Shown here: one piece after another, positions 60,401-64,000 of the stretch
How the letters are laid out: the number at the start of each line of letters is the position of its first letter
Position numbering within the stretch: position 1 is the first letter of the stretch
The notes under the pieces: model-generated
The model's input: only the letters and a program-made list of their open reading frames with translations
What the model was told of the DNA's origin: nothing
Database searches by the model: none
Position numbers and translations under genes: made by a program
DNA from: Rhodosorus marinus CCMP1338
Taxonomy: Eukaryota; Plantae; Rhodophyta
Assembly: GCA_029953675.1 (NCBI GenBank)
Contig: JAMWBK010000005.1
Span: 868,001-932,000, forward strand
Direction of reading: 5' to 3'
Length of the DNA: 64,000 nt

Positions 60401-61105
60401 AACCCTGTGATGAATACTGCTATGGTCATTCATAACAAGGTCGCGTATGTTTTCGGCGGCCTGAGAGCGACTGGATTACCAATCCCCGCAGTACTTTCAT
60501 ACAACATTCAGACACGGAAATATGTGCGAGAGAGCCAACTGACATTGCCAATAGCTCTCGGCGGTTCAGCTATAGTAAACCTCGGTCCGCGCGTGGTAAT
60601 AGCTGGCGGTACAAACCAGCAAAAGGGAGTTTTCAGCAACGGCTTGTGGGCAATGAATCTGGACTTCAAGGAGCGAGGATGGAAGAGAGGACCCAACATG
60701 TCTAGGCCCCGCGCACACGCTCAATATTTCGAAGCGGGAAGGAAATTCTACATCTGCGGTGGTTTGACAACTGGAAACCAAATTCTTGCTGATTGTGACG
60801 TTTACGATCTGGTCAACCTGAAGTTTGTTGAGAAGCTGCAGCTCCCCGCACCCCGTTACGGAGGAACTGCGGTCAAGGTCGCAGATGACGTTGCTGTGTT
60901 TATGGGTGGCTATACGACTGGTAAGACTCTCATGAGGGGTGTTCATCAATGCAACTTGACAACGAAGGAGTGTTCCGCATTGAAACCGTTGCCGAAAAGG
61001 AGAGGGTTTCCGATAGTGGCAAGGCTTGGCGGTACAGCAAACTACATCTTTGGTGGAAGAGGAGCGCAGGCACATAGAGATGGGAATGTGCTCATGTACA
61101 TGTAG
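57404..61105 (+). CDS. Large secreted multidomain protein: signal peptide, carbohydrate-binding-like beta-sandwich, glucose/sorbosone-dehydrogenase-like propeller, six Kelch repeats; intronless
   Basis: Hydrophobic signal ending ...PFSAA|QDIKINF. Propeller motifs FPTSMRFCKDGKLYVA, NYNIRFGPDKMLYCGVG, IVATGLRSPYDFNF. Kelch GG motifs AYVFGG, AYVFGG, VVIAGG, FYICGG, AVFMGG, NYIFGG. PSPSPSP linker. Confidence 0.85.
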   Translation: MERSRMISHRVKPFASATLVLLVLFGVLLPFSAAQDIKINFKPVGSAANVATYSPDYGFVYGERSVANRCYGWLVAGAYAGVPDQAELSMENSIPPLVRSKICFTGTEKWYVLVTKGKYNLTAAIGNGNAPQTLLVNNVMTVNGIAPNPGRHAVVRRIQTTAANAPPLIQEGDNCGCQNCGVIRVNGPAGTCINWLELKKVANGGGNPSPSPSPGAGCVPFPSVLGMKSVSPNPCDTVRVAAPWTADFNNQKQDSLVDRNGNKIGFTMVLPSTTSQKYLRPQLLRAKGGALFITPNGQQTMFSTSNNAVNAIGVGLEQPGEDVTVQANILIPPSTGKVMRFCLFFAVSDKHQVSNCVTTDVNDNSLLESIYEVDDRKRRFISRSVSVGSSRIINLGMEVSSQLNRIVLTFQTGGRNKVVLAAIDTEPTLHSKDGAQLDFRVKTASFAGVHASGPQNVEYKLNAFEVEAVRNNGSGDLGDEDFDFSWVIPEINFPTSMRFCKDGKLYVASALGDLYILTLDRGTRQVTRVVKKVVGQRLILGIECQPDLPANDVRLWISHTHQSQEQAPANTGMISVVFGPGLSNRRNVVMNLPRSFANHGNYNIRFGPDKMLYCGVGSNTAAGASNTFIDSDFSKRSEQLFSAAILRMDVLNPNFRGECLTDPKPDRLDTTGMCNRKSDILKLRPNFDKQCQIEIVATGLRSPYDFNFWDKYMFVTNNGVGGVGTIPYIGENNELRSNCRGVVTPQFREVTASGRRDDVLHRIDLTEDVGKYYGGHPNPCRNECVFQGGNPTRELDFGVPRSSSFQGGSYYMEKPSYKVGTEPTKNFHKAAFSFGESVSPNGIIRYAGNAFCGYLKDNLLVTYYSQLDRIQVLEMDNEFDVKKDRPLRRSDIATGGQLLKNPLTLVEDPFGNIFVAEFFGARVRVFDPVGPNCYVPTEDGPKEMPSGLWKSSVAVDADKAYVFGGQFANGTLSNNMYMYDGFSNSWSHLPQPPFPGYQMNPVMNTAMVIHNKVAYVFGGLRATGLPIPAVLSYNIQTRKYVRESQLTLPIALGGSAIVNLGPRVVIAGGTNQQKGVFSNGLWAMNLDFKERGWKRGPNMSRPRAHAQYFEAGRKFYICGGLTTGNQILADCDVYDLVNLKFVEKLQLPAPRYGGTAVKVADDVAVFMGGYTTGKTLMRGVHQCNLTTKECSALKPLPKRRGFPIVARLGGTANYIFGGRGAQAHRDGNVLMYM

Positions 61106-62868
61106 TCTTCTGGTCACAGAGCTTAGCGCGTTGAAGTTCGCTGAGTTTTCGCTGAATCTTTGCTGAATCCTCATTGTAGTGTATGTTTCATGAAGTAAAT
61201 ACTAAAACATTGACTTACTCAGTTCGCCGTCATGCGATGTCTCGGCTGGTCAGGGGTTGATGAAATCGAAAGTACAACGGAACACTAACAATCCAACGCT
61301 GATATGCGAAGTTCCTTTGCAAAGTCCCTTGTCCAGACTACCCCCCCCCCTAAATAATGGATCGATCAACCTTCATAGGACAGAATGTAAGCTCACAGTG
61401 CAGGTCAGGACCAAGGGGTTCACATCGATGAACGTCAGCAGACTTGATCCAAAATTAAAAGAGCCGCTCGTAGCTGTTCCTAAATCCCGCAGTTAAGGAT
61501 GTCGGAGCTTTCAAGAATAGCCATGATTGATCGATAAGTCCGAGCATGGTGTGCTGGTAGATTAGCAGAAGAAGAACCACAACACTGACCTACGATGGGT
61601 TCCTACGGAAGAACTGACGAGGGGGCTGCCCCTTATGGCTCTAGGGGCGAAAGAGTAGTAAAAACTCATCTAACCTATGCTGGCAGGCTGAGGAACATCT
61701 TGCACGTTGTCTGATTCGGCTTACTAGTTCGACCAAGTCTACAACAGCACTGAATATTACTACACCAGAACCGGCTATCGACCTGCTGAAAGCCTTGAAG
61801 ATTATCATCGAGGAAGAATCCAAGCAATCCACAAGCAAGCCAACTCCGGGTCGATACTGACAAAGTCCCACAAAGGCTCCAATCATTATCGGAAAGTCAA
61901 TCTCTACAATCAGTCAATGTCTAAGAAGAAATTCAAATACCACCTTTTCGGAACGGCCCAGTCTGGGGGGCCGTCGTAAGACCGCCAACAACACGATATA
62001 TTGTATTTAGGTAGAAAAAAGAAGCAATATGAATTCAAAAGTGTTGTTCCACAACGGGTAGGGAATTGTATAGAAAACTTTTGGCCCAAGAAAATATATG
62101 TTCCAAAAATGGAACGTGGAGCCGGACGTCAGTGTTTGGTGAAGATTGAGTGAGTCTTTCGTCACGATAGGTTTCTCCGGGTTTGATCCGACACGTCTAT
62201 TAGGTGCTTTTTAACGTCGCGACGTGAGACTCTGCTAGGAACGAAAAAAACAAAAAACAGTTATGTTGTCGGGGGGGCGAGAGGATGCGCTGACAGATGA
62301 CTCTTGAAAGTAATTTGTGAATGAGAAGAAAAGAAAAAGAAAAAAGGAGTGGCAGTTGTTGTTGTTGATGGTGAGGGCTGGTTGAATGGGTTGGTAGTGG
62401 ATGGAGACGAAGAAGTGGAGCGTATGCTTGAGAAGATATTGGATGAACGCTTGGTTAGAAGGCGGGGAATGACTTACGGGTCTTTTGGGGATGATTTGAA
62501 ACGAGGAGGTGAGGAGTTACTAAGTCTCCAAAGTTTGGTCCCCGTCGCTTCCAGGACGCAATCTACACGATCGGTTAGTTTTTTTTTGGGTTAGTTTTTT
62601 TTTGGGTTTGTTCGTCGGTGTTCTGCTTGTGTTCTGAAAAAGTAGCCATTACGTCTCGGTAGTGCCAAGCAAACAACGAGATTGATTTTGACGTCGTTCA
62701 TGAAGAGAACGAAGGTGGGATTATTGCTGTTTCTTGTTTTGATTTGGATTGAGGTTGCACTGTGGCTTCTTACTGTTCAGGCCGGGGACTAGATTGGTCC
62801 GACCAGTCTTCATTTTCTTTCGAAAGCCGTTTCTGACGAGTTGCAAGTTTCCAAATATTCCAGGAGAA

Positions 62869-64000
62869 ATGGTAGATGCCGAGGAGGTCGCCCCTCCATC
62901 AGAGAATGGAGAGGTTCAGACTGTGAAAGCTGGAGGTGGTTTGAAGTCGTGGATTACAGATTTCATGAACCTTCTCAAAGCTTTTATAGGCTTGAATTTT
63001 ATGTACATATCGTTCGCCATGTCAAAAGCGGGGCTAGTCAGAGGCGTAGTGGGCATAACTGTCATAGCTTGGTTGACTTACATTTCCTGCATCATGTTAG
63101 TCAAGGTAAGGATGAAATGCAGTCCACTGGCTGTTTGCTTGGCGGAGAAGGATCTGGTTGGTTTTCAGTCCTAAGTGCCAAGCTTCGCTCCAGGTCAAGA
63201 ACGCGCTGCCGAAGGAGGTGAGAGCTGCGAATAAGCACTTAACATACGGCGATGTGGCTAGGATCACTTCTGGACCTAGGGCTGAGCTCGTTGTCAACGG
63301 TGCACTTATTTTAACTCAATTTGGATACTGCACGGGATACCTGATATTCCTTGCTCATACGGTAAGGTTGTTTCTGTCTGATACAAAGCACTTTATTTCG
63401 CGACTCAAATTCAGGGCGATCCTGAATTTTTTGCTCTGTTCCTTCAGACTCATGATATGGTGCAATCTTCCTGGCCCAATTGGGGCTTTGTTCTCGTACC
63501 TCTGCCGCTGCTTGTTCTGATTGCGCAACTCCGATCAGTTCGTTCACTGGGACCATTCTCGGCGTTTGCGAATCTTTCCCTCTTGGTTGGATTTGTCGCT
63601 GTCGTGGTAAGCAAAGGCTTGCAAATCAATTGAAACTTCCCCGCGCCCATGCTAATCTTGAAGTGACAAATACTATGCACTCTCCAGGTATACATTAGTA
63701 TGAATTTCGAGTTCCAGCCGACGAGCCCTCCAATATCCGCGTTTCCAATATTCTTCGGACAGGTACTGACTATCGACATGTTCGTCTCAGAGCGCGATTT
63801 CGCACGTGCTAAGCTTATCGGCTCCTCTCACGTATTCAGGTCACTGCCGCTCTCGAGGGCATCGGGCTGGTCCTACCCGTTGAAGCTTCTATGTCGGATC
63901 CGAAGTACTTTGACCGCGTCTTGGCCCTGGCTTTGTCATGCCTGACTTTTGTCCTAATGACGGTTGGAGTTCTCGGATTCGTTACCTTTGGGGAGGACAC
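62869..64000 (+). CDS. Amino acid transporter (Aa_trans; SLC36/AVT-like), multi-exon; 3' end runs off the window
   Basis: FMNLLKAFIG, LTYGDVA, TQFGYCTGYLIF, LRSVRSLGPFSAFAN, FPIFFG, EGIGLVLPVEASM...GFVTFGED. A splice acceptor just before ATG 62869 means an upstream exon (around 62400-62575) is possible. Confidence 0.9.

Overview
A gene-dense stretch of eukaryotic nuclear DNA, very probably from a red alga. Support for this: nuclear pebA, Phe-containing plastid transit peptides (MAFV, MFGFV, MLGFV, MFAF) without a signal peptide, and short GT-AG introns often preceded by CTAAC/CTGAC/TTGAC branch-like motifs. The species cannot be fixed from the sequence. About 21 protein-coding genes are supportable: gyrB (partial), a hybrid-cluster-protein (HCP) homolog, an EamA transporter, glucosidase I, a MenH-MenC fusion, trigger factor, PebA, MRS2, Cpn60, U1-C, a hemerythrin-like protein, pyruvate kinase, a GPX-like protein, TerC, MSH3, probable RPC7, a metacaspase, a Myb/SANT-like protein, a large secreted propeller/Kelch protein, an amino-acid transporter (partial), and coiled-coil hypotheticals. 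Repeats include a (GA)26 microsatellite, a ~48-bp minisatellite and two local duplications. No rRNA, tRNA, CRISPR array or intact transposon was seen. The strongest leads are: (1) a 12-exon, apparently mitochondrion-targeted HCP homolog whose reading frame splices open but which has lost or altered every Fe-S ligand; (2) a type II metacaspase, a class usually described as green-lineage-specific; (3) a plastid-targeted GPX-like protein lacking the peroxidatic Cys; (4) an apparently mitochondrial pyruvate kinase with an altered K+ site; (5) a MenH-MenC fusion in reversed order relative to PHYLLO with no transit peptide. All exon joins were made by eye and all family calls rest on recalled motifs, not database searches.
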